Of a stretch of DNA of 64,000 nucleotides, positions 1 through 12,200 are shown in pieces. The notes under the pieces were generated by a model. The model saw nothing but the letters and a program-made list of their open reading frames with translations, was not told the DNA's origin and did not search any database. The first letter of the stretch is position 1; the number at the start of each line of letters is the position of its first letter. The position numbers and the translations under genes are program-made. This stretch comes from Chiloscyllium plagiosum (taxonomy: Eukaryota), in NCBI RefSeq assembly GCF_004010195.1, contig NC_057728.1:45716229-45780228 (forward strand). The letters are read 5' to 3'.

Positions 1-1380
1 AGGACTGAATAAGTTCTGAATATTAATATAATTTCACTTTAACAGGCTGAAAAAATTATATATATTGACTTTAAAAGTGCACCTCAAAAGTTGTGACTTA
101 AATATCAGGTTATGAGCAATGAATATATGCCAAGTCTCAGTATTGTATATTATGAATGTGTAGTCAATATTTTAAACGTTGGACACAAACTATTAAAGTG
201 GTGTCAATTCTTGCAACTTTTGGCATCTTGAGCTTCAGTCTTGAGTCATAAACAAACACTTAATTAAATGTGAACATTAACAGCTATCTGGAGAAGTCTA
301 ACAACTCTTTATTTAAGGATTGTTCAGCACAAAAAACAATGATTTCCAACTTGCCTGTCCTGCCCTGTTCACCCTGGACAGAAAAAATTAAACTCAATAT
401 ATGGAAGATGATTGTGAATGAATACTTATTAATCTTCCATTGTGTAAGGATGGTCACTCATTTAAACTAGAATGGCTGTCTCTTACTCTCATGAGATTAA
501 ACAGCATGCACACCACTCCGCTTGGGGGCAAAAAAAATGAAATTATGGAAGTTATATGTTGAGAAAGTGATTTTGTTGCAAGCTTTTAAATTAGCAAGAA
601 CCTGTTTTGCAGATAGATAAAAAAGTTCTTTCAAAAATCATAAAAAAAGTTGGAAGTCATCCAAATGTTGTTTAATTCCACTGCATGGTTTCATTTCCGA
701 AAGCAGTGATTGTCAATAGCCAACCTGTGGTTTTCTGATTGTCAGACTGCTCTTTCTGCTATTTGTTCCTTCTAATGTATGCACTGTAACTCATGGCACT
801 ACTGCTTTAGCTCCTGTGGTATGTGTGTAGCTGTGCTGGTGCTTAGAGAACACTGTGAAGGGTTGGCTTGCTCTTGGCACAGAACATTGCTGGCAGCCTT
901 CCTCCTCTTCAGGCCTACAATGGCAAAAAAGGAACAAGTATTACATTGTTGCCCTCAAGATATATTTTGAAATGGAACTAGCATTGCAAGATTTTGTGTA
1001 TTACAATTATGCATGTTTATTAATGAATGAGAAAGAGAATAAACAAAGAACAGAATAGTACCAGACCTGAGCACTAAATTAATGATACATATTAATAAGA
1101 CCAAAGAAGAAAGAACACAGGGTCATTTCAAATGGGAGGCAATTGAAAAGCAGAGAACTTTTAAACGTATTTTAAGCCTTGATTAGGCATTTTTTTTAAT
1201 ATCAGCATTGGGTGTCTTTCCTACAGTGGAAAACAATGCAGCTAAATTGACAATGAAAGCATTGGAGATGCAACATGAATGGCTGTTGTAATCACTCAGC
1301 CCATCTCTAATGTGCAAGCTGTTAAATTAGGTATTTGAAAGCATATTTTGTTTAAAGAATAGTTTTGCTGAAAATAATGG

Positions 1381-1700
1381 TGGCATGGTGGCTCAGTGGT
1401 TAGCACTGCTGCCTCACAGCGCCAGGGACCTGGGTTCAATTCCTGCCTCGGGCAACCGTCTGTTTGGAGTTTGCACATTCTCCCTGTATCTGCATGGGTT
1501 TCCTCTGGGTGCTCCAGTTTCGTCCCACAGTCCAAAGATGTGCAGGTTAGGTGAATTGGCTATGCTAGATTGTAGTGTTAGGTGCATTAGTCAGGGGTAA
1601 ATATAGGGGAATGGGTCTGTGTGGGTTGCTCTTCGGAGGGTCGGTGTGGACTTGTTGGGCCGAAGAGCCTGTTTCCACACTGTAGTGAATCTAATCTAGA
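1381..1700 (+). mobile_element. tRNA-derived SINE, HE1/V-SINE-like, full length
   Basis: A box TGGCTCAGTGG, B box GGTTCAATTCC, V-domain-like core, and CR1-type tail GGGCCGAAGAGCCTGTTTCCACACTGTA followed by (AATCT)n. Confidence 0.85.
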
Positions 1701-1779
1701 TAACATAACTTGCAATCAAATATTAAATTTTTATCAGCAAAAGAAATACTATACTGTAACAGAGAAATTTCAACCTTTG

Positions 1780-2720
1780 CATTGGAATCTTTAGAAATAT
1801 GGTCACTTGGGACTCTCACCAATATGACCCTGAATGCTGACTGGAAAACTTCAGTCAGCCTCCCTTAATTGACCTCAAATAAATTGCCAGTGAACCTTAT
1901 TAGTTTTCTACCTTCTGTAGGCTGATGGATCTTTCGTCCACCAAACCCACTTCTGCAAAATTGGTCTAGGGGTATATATAAGTAATCTCGAAAAAGAATA
2001 TAAAGAGGAACCAAAGTGGAGAGGCTAAAGGAAATAATTCCAGTATTGTCAAGACAGGTAAAAGCATTGTCACCAACAATGAAGTAATAAATTTTGTTGT
2101 TTCTGAAGAGGTTGGAGTACATTTATCTTGGAGGATTGGAAAAGGCTTCAGAGATGGTGAGGGCAAGACCATGGGTGGGTTTGACTATATGAATTTGATA
2201 ACTGAGTTTTTTTTTAACCAGAAGCCAGTATAAGCCAACAAACACAGTTGTAATGGTTTAACAGGACTCCATATGAATGAAGCAAAAGCAGCAGAGTTTT
2301 GAATTAGTTCAAATTAATGATAAGAAGAATGTGGGATGCCTTTCAGAACTGCGTTGTAATAGTGGAGCCACAGGTAACCAGAAGATAAGTTGCAACAGCA
2401 GCAGAGTTGGATGATCATATTAGGGGTCAGGCATTCTGTGGTTGGTGAGGAAATATGATTGGAAGCTCATCTCTGTATAAAATACATCAAGCTTGTGAAC
2501 AGTTTGGTTCAACTTAGGTAGCTGTTGGGAGAGCAGTGATTTCAGTGGTTAGTGTAGGATTTTATATTGAGAACCAAAGTCAATGGCTTCCTTATATTTA
2601 AATTAGAGAAAACGTCCATCCATCCAGTCCCTCACATGGAACAAAGCATAATTTGAGGTGTGACACAAATGAAACATCATGATGCGCAACACTTCATAAT
2701 TCTAGTTGCGCATTTCCAAT
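1780..2720 (-). mobile_element. Highly decayed LINE fragment (L2-like)
   Basis: Resembles reverse-strand L2 RT/3' sequence; no open frame left. Confidence 0.35.
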
Positions 2721-3833
2721 TTTGGATGACAATTGAACATTGAAAAATAAGACCAATAAGTTAAATTAACAATCTTATTTTTTGTTTACGTACAAGTTTA
2801 CTTATAGTCTATATGATAAATAATTGCATGAATCGGTTTTGTGTTAAGGCAATAATAATCAATGATCTCCACATGCAAGATTGAAAATTGTTTGCAATAT
2901 AAAACAAAAATATTGTTCACTTTCCGTCAGTCATGTTTTTTAATGCAATAGAAAGCTAACCAAAAATATATTCCACATCTTCTGAGTTATTTTGCTTCTA
3001 GTTATTACATGCACAACTATAAAAACACCCACATTTTGAAATTGCTGTGCTATGAAGTCCTTTATTAAGTTTCTATGTGACTAAAAATCAATCATTTCAC
3101 AAATCCCAAATAAATCATATTTTGCGATGACAGAGTCATGGTTTCCACATAATTCTTGATATTGCATTATTGAAATCAATGTGCTTTAAAAAATGTGGGG
3201 ACAATAAGTGTTTTGTTTATTTTAAAAATATAAACAAGGTTAGAAATTGTTTAAATAAAACAATGAAGCACTTTTTAATTCCAATCAATTCAAAAATATG
3301 CTTTGAATTAATGGTTTTGTGATTGATTTTGCCTACAATAAGTCATTGTGCTAATGCACAAAATATGGCAGCCAGTTTGTACGTATGACTCAACAAACAG
3401 TAAGTAGATGACCATATTATTAAATTTTTAATTTTAGACATTTAGTTGTGAACAATAATGTTGCAAAAGGAATAAAGTTCAATCAGCAATTTGTTTTCTT
3501 CTCAAGTATATTTCCTGGTTATTTCATTTTCTTGTTATGCAGAATTTCTGTGAAACGCAATTTAGAAAGATGTCATGAGTTGGCATAGGCTTTGTGGGCC
3601 AAAGAGCCTGTTCCTATCTTGTACTATGCTTTGTTCTTTAGTAGCAGGATAACAAAATGAATCTTTCAATAAGCGATGATTTACTCAGCTGCCATTTCAC
3701 AGTTTAGAACAAATGGATGTGAACAATCATCTTTCTAATAAAGGTATAAATCAATGAAAGATTATAATAGAACCATTAAATTGTACATTATTGAAAAGAC
3801 AGTTGATAATCATGCTTTATCTGTTTGAACGCA

Positions 3834-3839
3834 TTTATT
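3834..3839 (-). terminator. Candidate distal polyadenylation signal of RASSF9 (implies ~4.2 kb 3'UTR)
   Basis: TTTATT on +. On the transcript strand it is preceded by a long U-rich, repeat-poor tract (3840-5300) with UGUA motifs, typical of mRNA 3' ends. Confidence 0.45.
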
Positions 3840-5304
3840 TTTGTTTAGTCAACACGATAATTACACAAGAAGTGTACAAAGAAAATCTCAATAAACTGAT
3901 CACAAAAGTATAAAAGGAAGTAACATTTCCATGAAATGACAGAATACAAAAAGTTTGATTAACTTTTAAAACAAAGTCATACTAATTACAAATTGATTTC
4001 TTCACAGGGTGGAACATGAAAACACTCTAAGGAAGCTTTCAAAAAATATATAATTAACATCATTAATGACCTTTCCATTTTATTATCTGTTATCTTACTC
4101 TGTTGGCACAGAATGTGAAGCAAGGTGATGAATTTCCTATTACCTTTTCTGCAACATGTCAATGAGCAAATATATTAGGTGCAGGAAGTTGTTAAGATGA
4201 ACCAGAAATTTGTTAAAGAAACTTTAGGGTTAGGGTAATAAACTTTTGATTTTGAAAAAAGACAATTATCATTTTAAGTTTAATGCACAATAATTTGATC
4301 AAAATTCAGGCTTACCCAGCTGTACATTACAGAAAAATTCAAAATTCAAATATGCATTTGAAGTGCAAGTTTCATGTCAACTGGAAGAACAAGCACTAGT
4401 AACAAGCTAGTACAATAGACATTCTGGAATTTGCTATAGTTTGTTCTTTATGACATTACTGAAAAACCTATTTGACACGTACAATGCACATTCCATCTCT
4501 TTGAAGTCCACTGCATATGAAGCTTATTTAAACCTTATGTTGTCACGTTGGATTTTTGCCATGTTATTCTTGAAAATGATTTATTGACAATCAAGACCAA
4601 ATAAGTTGAGACATACCAGAACACACTGGCCATCTATGTTAATTGTTGCGCTGAAAATTTTCATAAACCACAATTATTAAGTATGACAAAATTTCATCTC
4701 GAGTAGAAAGAGATCATAAAAAAGAACTCAAGTGTATTGTTGAATATATGATTTATCATGTCCAATGTGGAAACACTCTATAGACTTGACTGTTGCATCA
4801 CCACTGATTCAATTATTGGCACATCTCATGCACAATTACTTGGAAGTAAACCAGGAGGCCAATGAAAAATAAACAATGCATTCTTCCTATTGTACAATAT
4901 AGATGGGGAGTAACTTAACAATTCAGTTAATGCAGTTATGAAAACTGGCAACATGTTTAAAATCACATTTACTGTAATTTGCTAGTTTATGCTCTCCTTG
5001 CATTTTCTGACACCACACTTACAACATGCTGTTTACTGAAAATAGTTGGTGAAATTAGGTTGTCAAGATAAATGTCAATCAGCCGTTGACAAAGGAGACG
5101 TGTGTTGATCTCGTTCATAATGTGAGCTCTATATTTTTGACAATTAATAATAAGGTGACTTTTAGTGCAGTAATATCATTCACAAAGGTTGCTGGTGTAG
5201 TTTTTTTGTTAAATTGAGACATGTAAGTGAAGGCCAAACAGTGCAACACTGAAAGCATAAGTATAATGCAAGTAATCTTCATGTGAAGTAAATACAAAAT
5301 GATC

Positions 5305-5510
5305 AAGAAACTCAGTAGTCTGGCAGCATCTGTGGAGAGAGAAACAGAGCCAACATTTTGAGTTCAAAGATTCTCCTCTGGAATGGAAGAGGAGTCTTTG
5401 GACTCAAAATGTGCACCATTTCTCTCTCCATTTGATGCCATGTCTGCGAAGTGCCTTTGGCATTCTCTGTTTTTATTTCAGACTTCCAGCATCCCTAATA
5501 TTTTGTTTTT
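5305..5510. mobile_element. Penelope-derived fold-back mini-element (decayed)
   Basis: Inverted arms (GGCAGCATCTGTGGAGAGA...TTTTGAGTTCAAAGA versus TCTTTGGACTCAAAA...TCTCTCCA..GATGCC); same family as 13238 and 46222. Confidence 0.65.
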
Positions 5511-5849
5511 AACCATTATATGATACTGAACTTCAACTTTCAGAGGCTGTAGATTGCAAGTAGTAAGGCAAATGAAACAAATTTCATTTGCTTAATTTGT
5601 GTTGTTACCTACATTTTAAGCTAATTCTGCAAAACACACCCTTACACATGCACTGAAGGACATTAAATACCTAACTTAGCATGTTGAGCCATCAATCTTT
5701 CGACTGAACTCTTAAGTGCCAGGGAACTAGTATCGTTAAACATATCAGAAGATTGATCAACTTCAAACAAACTGTCAGGCTAAGTTCTTGCAGCCAAATA
5801 TACAGCTGGGGATTTAAACGCAATTAAATAAACTTAGGATAAGATAGCA

Positions 5850-6090
5850 CCTGAAAATGATTGGATTAGCATAGCAACCCATGACTCATTAATGTATTTT
5901 AGGAAATCTACTCTCCATTCTTGGTATGGTCTACATGTGACCCAATACCACTGCAGGATGCTTGGTTCTTCATTGTCCTTTAAAATGACCTGGTAAGTCA
6001 TTGTCAAGAAAGTGGCTCACTACCACTTTCGTTCATAGGCAATTAAGGATGGGAAATAAACGCTGGTTTTTAACAGCAATGCTGACATCT
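5850..6090 (+). mobile_element. Decayed SINE 3' part (family of 24108-24480)
   Basis: Shares CATTAATG..TTTAG..GAAATCT and the AGGGATGGG.AATAAA.GCTGG tail. Confidence 0.5.
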
Positions 6091-7751
6091 AAAACATATG
6101 ATCACTTTTATATCAGTATACATAGAAAATCTGAATAATTACTCACAGTTTGGAGAATTCAGTCTTTGACTAATAGAAGCATGGTTCCAAAGTAAAACTG
6201 AAAGATTTGACTGCTATTCAATTCAACCCTGGCCAGTGGAGACTAGAACATGATCTCCAAATAAAATGCTGACTTCACTTGCAACACTATCATCCAGATT
6301 CACTGCTGCAGTGGCAGTGTTGTTGTCTATCAGTCACAGTCTTGGGTTTATACTCCACCTCAGACAACCTTGCTGACTGGAGCCCAAAAACACTGAAAAC
6401 TGGTTAGATGTCCAGGAGAGTACTTGAGTTCATTGTGTGGCTGCTCCTCTGCATTCTTGAAAGACTGGTGGGACTCTTTAATGTTGGTTGCAGCTCATCC
6501 AGGAAAAGGTACTGTGAAGATAGGTATTCGTAAGGAATGAAACTACTTGAGCCTACAAATTGCTACATACCTAAGACCATAATAGCATACAATGGATATA
6601 GTCACAATTGGGACATATTTAAAAATTACTTCTGAAATCAATTAAGACAGAAATCTCTTGTTTCATCTTCAATAGCCTATTAAACATCACCTGGGTGGTA
6701 TGAGCAAAGGAACGTCTGGTTGACACAATTGCATGATATTTACAGGAAGAAAGGATTTGAGGTAAACTGATTCCAACTGGAGGAAAGCTGTCCTAGTTTC
6801 TTACTAGCATGCAGTTTTGCTGACTTTTGCTTTCTGCTCTCAGCTCAATTGGTCCTTTGTGCTCAGGTGGTAAAGATGCAGCAGTTTTACTTTGGATATT
6901 AATACTATAAAAATGGAAAATAGCCCCATTTAAACCAATAAAATTATTATTGGTGTGTTATTACATGTTCTACACACTATTTCACTTTCTGATGTGGACA
7001 TAAAATCCATGTTTGTACAGAAATCCATTGTTCATTTTTATTTTGTTCTGGAAAATCCTGTCAACACATATTGCAGTCCATACATGTAGTGCAAAACTAT
7101 TACCTTGTTCCACTTTAATAAATGCCAATTTGTTAAATTGTTCAACAAAATGAGTCTTAGCAACTTATTGTTCATTTTTGGTGCCTAACCAAAAATAAGT
7201 CAGCATGTTAATATAAATCGTTTAGTTTATTCTGACTAATATCAGAAAAGGGCTGCAATATTAGTTAGCTGATATATTGTAAAGTATTTTGTACTGTATT
7301 AGTGAACTTACATTATCCTCTGAATGTGTTTGCCCAAGATAAAGTGTGTCAGAAGAAACTGTGCAGTTAGGAACGATGTACTGGTTGTAGATTAATCTTC
7401 AAACTATTATCATCCTAAACGATCAGAGATTCCCTGATTTGCATTTGCGACATCTTACACAATTAAGAAAAAGTGCGTTCAGAGAGCAATCTTCTCAGTC
7501 TGTTGTATGTCAGACGATCTGAATGGGGATAACTGCAGAGGGTTTTATGCACTAACTCTGCAATGGTGTTGGCTAATTACTTTGATAACAGAATGAATTG
7601 TGTTCTTTACATGTGAAACTTTTACTAGCAGTGGATTTGTGTGTTTGTTTTGAACGTAAAAGTGTGGGAAGAATTTGTTCAGGAATTGTCCAGTGTTTAG
7701 GAATCTTGTCTAATCTCTGGGGACAGCGGTGTGGAACCAGAAAGCTTGTAC

Positions 7752-7757
7752 TTTATT
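7752..7757 (-). terminator. Candidate proximal polyadenylation signal (AATAAA) of RASSF9
   Basis: TTTATT on the + strand, ~290 nt downstream of the stop codon. Confidence 0.35.
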
Positions 7758-8043
7758 AACTATACCAAGTTAACAATAGGGTTTCAGAATACTTTCCCAG
7801 CAATGATGGTTTCAGAATACTATTAACGGTTTGCAGTTGGACAAGTCTCTCATCCCATCAAGACAGAACGGTACAAATTTCTGGACTGCGTTTAGTTTTA
7901 AGTCACATACTCTCGGCATTTCTTCTGAAAAGACGCACCTAATATCTAAAAGATATGCAGGAGCTTTCACGCGTCGTGTCCCAGGAGTATTACTGTCCCT
8001 CCTGATGCATTCATGAGGTAACAGAATCTAACCATAGGACAAT

Positions 8044-9282
8044 TCAGAGATAGTTTTGCGGGGTGGGAAACACTCCGACACAGGGCGGTTCGGAGTCCTG
8101 GCTGTGGGTGGAGCTGATCCCCGTGTCCGAGTCGGTGTCGTTCACCTCCGAAGAGGCGAAGCCGCTCTCAGGCGGACATTTGACGAGTCCCTCGGCCGAG
8201 CCCTGGCACAGCCCGGGCGCTTCACCGCCGCTGTCCTCCGCCACAACCGCCGCCGCCTCCTCGTCGAGGCTCAGGCGCTCCAGCTGCCGGGCGAGGCGCT
8301 CGTATTCCTCCGCCTTCTCGCGCAGCTCAGCTTCTTGCTGCTGCAGGCTCTGCTGCACGTCCGCGAGACTCCGACCGAGCTGCTGCGCGCGCCACGCGCT
8401 CCTCTCCAACTCGCCCTGCAGCCTGAGGTCGTCGTCGTCGCCGCCGCCGCCGTCCTCCTCCGGCCGCTCGAGGCCGCTGTCGGCGTGCCACAGCTGCTCG
8501 AGCTCGAGCTCCTCGCTCAACCTCTGGAGGGTGTCGCGACGTCGCTCGAGCTCCTCCTCGAGCTGGCCAACCGCCTCGCTCCTCTCGATGTACTCCTGGA
8601 GCTGCCCGCCCTCCACCAGGTAGGTCTCCTGCACGTAGTTCTGGCCGTCGCTCTGCACCCGCTCCGAGTGCAGGCGGCCCTCGAACCGCTCGATGTCGCC
8701 GTCCAGCTCCCGCAGCCGGCTCAGCTGCTGGCGGATGGTGTGGTCCTGCGAGACGATCAGGTGCGCCAGGGTCTCCATGCGCTCCCGGCCCTGCCTCAGC
8801 CTCTTCATCTTGGCCAGCTTCCTGAAGGCCTTCCTCACCATCCTCCTCTGCTTGTCCCGCGGCAGGTCCCGCACGGAGCGGGCGGCCGGGCGTCTCTCTG
8901 CCGGCTGACCCCCGCCGCCGCCGCCGCCGTTGCTGCTGGGCACCACCTTGGCCTCGGCGCTGCGGAGGCCCGGCAGCGGCAGCCGGGCGTCCCACTTGAC
9001 CAGGACGAAGCGCACGTTGCGCCGCTCCGGGCCCCAGGCCAGCCAGAGCCTGAGCAGCTTGGTGGCGGGCGGCAGCAGCCTCTCGAAGCCCCTCCACTTC
9101 TCGGCCAGGCAGTAATCCCTGGGCGGGGCGTGCAGCAGCCTGGTGTCCCCGGCGTGGGCGAGGTGATCCCGCAGCAGCGCTCTCACCACCTGGGCGCAGC
9201 TGGTCCTCTTGGTCAGGCCGCACACCACCTTCTCCTCCTGGCATACCCACACCGAGAGTTCGGCACCCTCCGGGGAACCCAT
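8044..9282 (-). CDS. RASSF9: Ras association domain family member 9 (N-terminal RASSF; RA domain plus coiled coil), single coding exon, 412 aa
   Basis: Intact ORF. The RA domain (VWVCQEEKVVCGLTKRT...YCLAEKWRGFERLLPP...LWLAWG), the middle motif ETLAHLIVSQDHTIRQQ and the C-terminal NDTDSDTGISSTHSQDSE match RASSF9 as I recall it, rather than RASSF10 (VSGLSRRT / DSDTGLSSMHSQDSD). Good Kozak context (GCGATGG). Confidence 0.93.
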   Translation of the reverse strand: MGSPEGAELSVWVCQEEKVVCGLTKRTSCAQVVRALLRDHLAHAGDTRLLHAPPRDYCLAEKWRGFERLLPPATKLLRLWLAWGPERRNVRFVLVKWDARLPLPGLRSAEAKVVPSSNGGGGGGGQPAERRPAARSVRDLPRDKQRRMVRKAFRKLAKMKRLRQGRERMETLAHLIVSQDHTIRQQLSRLRELDGDIERFEGRLHSERVQSDGQNYVQETYLVEGGQLQEYIERSEAVGQLEEELERRRDTLQRLSEELELEQLWHADSGLERPEEDGGGGDDDDLRLQGELERSAWRAQQLGRSLADVQQSLQQQEAELREKAEEYERLARQLERLSLDEEAAAVVAEDSGGEAPGLCQGSAEGLVKCPPESGFASSEVNDTDSDTGISSTHSQDSEPPCVGVFPTPQNYL

Positions 9283-9330
9283 CGCCCGGCTTCACACTTA
9301 ACAGTGGGGTTTGGCGGTGGGGGGTGAGAT
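8060..9330. promoter_or_regulatory. CpG island coincident with the RASSF9 coding exon
   Basis: Visibly very high GC with dense CpG, against AT-rich and CpG-depleted flanks; both edges are sharp. Confidence 0.9.
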
Positions 9331-9345
9331 CTGCAAAAAAACAGC
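9331..9345 (-). other. RASSF9: Splice acceptor of the RASSF9 coding exon (exon begins at 9330, 48 nt upstream of the ATG)
   Basis: Minus strand reads GCTGTTTTTTTGCAG|ATCTCACC: polypyrimidine tract plus CAG at the edge of the GC-rich block. Confidence 0.75.
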
Positions 9346-10244
9346 CGCAGACACTTTTGTTAGGAGCCACTCATCAGTGAAAAAAATGTATAACCGAGCC
9401 CCATTCCCACCGCTCTCCCAAAACACAAATACAAACCTGAAGCGAGATGAAATCATGTGGAAGCTTTTTTTGAAAAAATAAAGTTTTTAAAAACTCACCA
9501 ACTCCCTGCAGGATGAAAACTTCCCTCCCCGTCCCAACTCTGCATTGCTCTCTGACGATATTGCCTCTTCAACCCAAACAATATCTTCATTAGCTCCACC
9601 TCATCAAGTGATAGATATATTACAGTAGGGTTTCCCCATTAACTTGTTTGCCCCCAGATATCTCCGCAACGTTATTTCCACACGTTCGGAATATTTACGT
9701 GCTTTTGAAAGTTGAGAAAAAAACAGAACGCCTCAACCTCAAAACAACTTAAGTCTTGCACGTTCCTGTCAGTTGGTAGTTTTTTGCCAGCGCTTGGCTG
9801 CTAAGCGTTACAAGTTAGTTAATAGCTTCTTAAAACTGTGTTCGTCTGTAACGCTTTAGACCTACTTTATCAACCAAAGACAAAAAAAATGTTGGTACAC
9901 CGGTGAAGATCGTTGTTTCTGCACCCAAATCTAAAATGTAACTGTCTTCGTTTAAACTAGTTGTATTTAATTAAAATAGCAATAACACAACAAATACTGT
10001 TTGTGAGTATTTTTAAATCTTTTAAACATTTCCATGGTTTATAGTAGTTTAAAATTACTGAAAGTTTCTTTTTTTTAAATACTTCTTGCATTTTAAGATC
10101 CCATTCCCAATGTAGTGATGATATTCTATAGGCATGGTAACTGTTAGGTGTGAATTGAATTAATTTAGTTGAGTTGAATTGGCATTATTGTCACATAAAC
10201 ATTGGCAGTGAGCTCTGGTAAGCTATTTACAGATCAACAGTAAT

Positions 10245-11390
10245 AGAAACGTACAGCATGGAAACAGACTATTTGGTCCAACTCGTCCATGCTGAATAGA
10301 TATTCTACATTAATCTAGCCCCATTTGCCAGCATTTGGACCATACCTTTTTGAGCCCTTCCTGTTCATATATCCATCCAGATGCCTTTTAAATGTTGTAG
10401 TTGTACTAGCCTTCACCACCACCTTTGGCAGCTCATTCCATACATGCACTACCCAGTGTGTAAAAAGTTGCCCCCCAGGTGTCTTTTAAATCTTTCCCCT
10501 CTCACCTTAAACCTATGCCATTTAATGTTAGACTCCTCTATCGTGGGGAAAAAACCTTGACTATTCACCCTATCCATGTCCTTCATGATTTTATAAACTT
10601 ATGTTAGGTCACCCCTCAGCGTCTGATCCTTCAGGGTTGATGTGGACTTGTTGGGCCGAAGGGCCTGCTTCCATACTGTAGTGAATTTAATCTAATTGAA
10701 AATAGCCCCATTCTATTCAGCCTCTCCCTATAGCTCCACCCTTCACCCTGGCAACATCCTTGTACTTTTCTTCTTAAACATTTCAAGTTTCACAACATCC
10801 TCCCTATAGCAGGGAGACTAGAATTGAACACAGTATTCCAAGAGCAGCCTAACCAGAGTCCTGTACAGCCGCAACATGACCTCCCAATTCCTATACTCTG
10901 CACTGACCAATAAAGGCAAGTGTACAAAACGCCGTCTTCACTTCCTTGTCTATCAGCGACACCACTTTTATGAACCTGGACTTCAAATGTCTCTTTGTTT
11001 GGCAATACTCCCCAGGTTCTGGATTAGTGGTGCTGGAAAAGCACAGCAGTTTATCTAATACTCCCCAGGACCTTACCATTAAGTGTATAAGTTCTGCCTG
11101 ATTTGCCCTACTAAAAAGCAGCACCCATTTATCTAAATTAAACTCCATCTGATACTCCTTGGCCCATTTGATTCAGGTCCCAGTATAGTCTGAGATAATC
11201 ATCTTAGCTGTCCACTACACCACCAACTTTGGTGTAATCTGCAAACTTACTAACCATTCCTCCTATATTCATAAATACAAATCAATCATAAAAATGTCAA
11301 GAGCAAATGACCCATCACCAATCCTTGCGAGACACCACTGGTCACAGGCTTCCAGTCCAAAAAAACCCTTCATGACCACCCTCTCTCTTT
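10245..11390 (-). mobile_element. CR1 LINE 3' fragment with two nested micro-insertions
   Basis: ORF fragments MEFNLDK... and C-terminal RT-like text; CR1 3' tail at ~10250. Insertions at ~10636-10697 (HE1/CR1 tail) and 11017-11056. Confidence 0.85.
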
Positions 11391-11859
11391 TACTCAAGGG
11401 TCAAGCATTCAAACTGTACAGGATCAATTTTAGCATAGGCTACTGGATACACTAAGAACAGAAATGCTTTAAAGGTTTCTTTTCCTCCGACACTATGTGG
11501 AGTTATATTTACCAATTAAAATTACAGAAATCCCTGGCCGAGTATTCTTTTTTATTTCCATTTTCACTATTTTAGTTGTCTCTAAAAAAATAATCTGGAA
11601 TTTAATATTCCTTGAATTAGATTACTTGGCCCAACATTGACAGCCATGTCTTCAGCCACTGAGGTTCTAAACTCTGGAATACTCTTACCAAACATCTCCA
11701 CTTTCCCAACTCTTTCAAGTTATAGGTTAAATTTGTTAATTTCATCTTTGTTCATCTGTCCTAAATTCTCATTTAGCTTTGTCCATTTCTGCTTTATGGC
11801 ACACCTTAAAGGTACAATTTAAATGCAAACTATTGCTTTCCATAGATTCAGCAAGATTC

Positions 11860-12200
11860 ATAGAATGGTTGGTTTCATGGAATCCTTACAGCGTGAAAGC
11901 AGGTCATTCGGCCTATCGAGCCCACACTGACCTTTTAAGAGCATCCCACCCAGATCCATTCCCTACTCTGTATTTCCAACATTCCGCACGGCTAACCCAC
12001 CTAGCCTGCACACTATGATCAATTTAGCTTGACCAATCCACCTAACCTGCACATCTTTGGACTTTGGGAGGAAACCAGAGAACCCGACGGAAACCTGCAT
12101 GGACACGGGAGGATATGCAAACTCCACAGAGGCAGTCACCTGAGGCTGGAATCGAACACTGATCTTTGGAGCTGTGACGCAGCAGTGCTAACCACTGAGC
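11860..12200 (-). mobile_element. HE1/V-SINE-like SINE
   Basis: Reverse complement of the 1381-1700 element (GCAGTGCTAACCACTGAGC at the 5' end). Confidence 0.8.

Noticed and set aside
1296..1600. Repeated ORFs (KLEHPEETH...) and a tRNA-like head
   Set aside because: SINE sequence; has A/B boxes but no complete cloverleaf, so neither a tRNA nor a CDS.
8056..9327. 423-aa antisense ORF and the 347-aa and 186-aa alternative-frame ORFs over RASSF9
   Set aside because: Expected shadows of a very GC-rich CDS with few stops; low-complexity translation and no recognisable domain.
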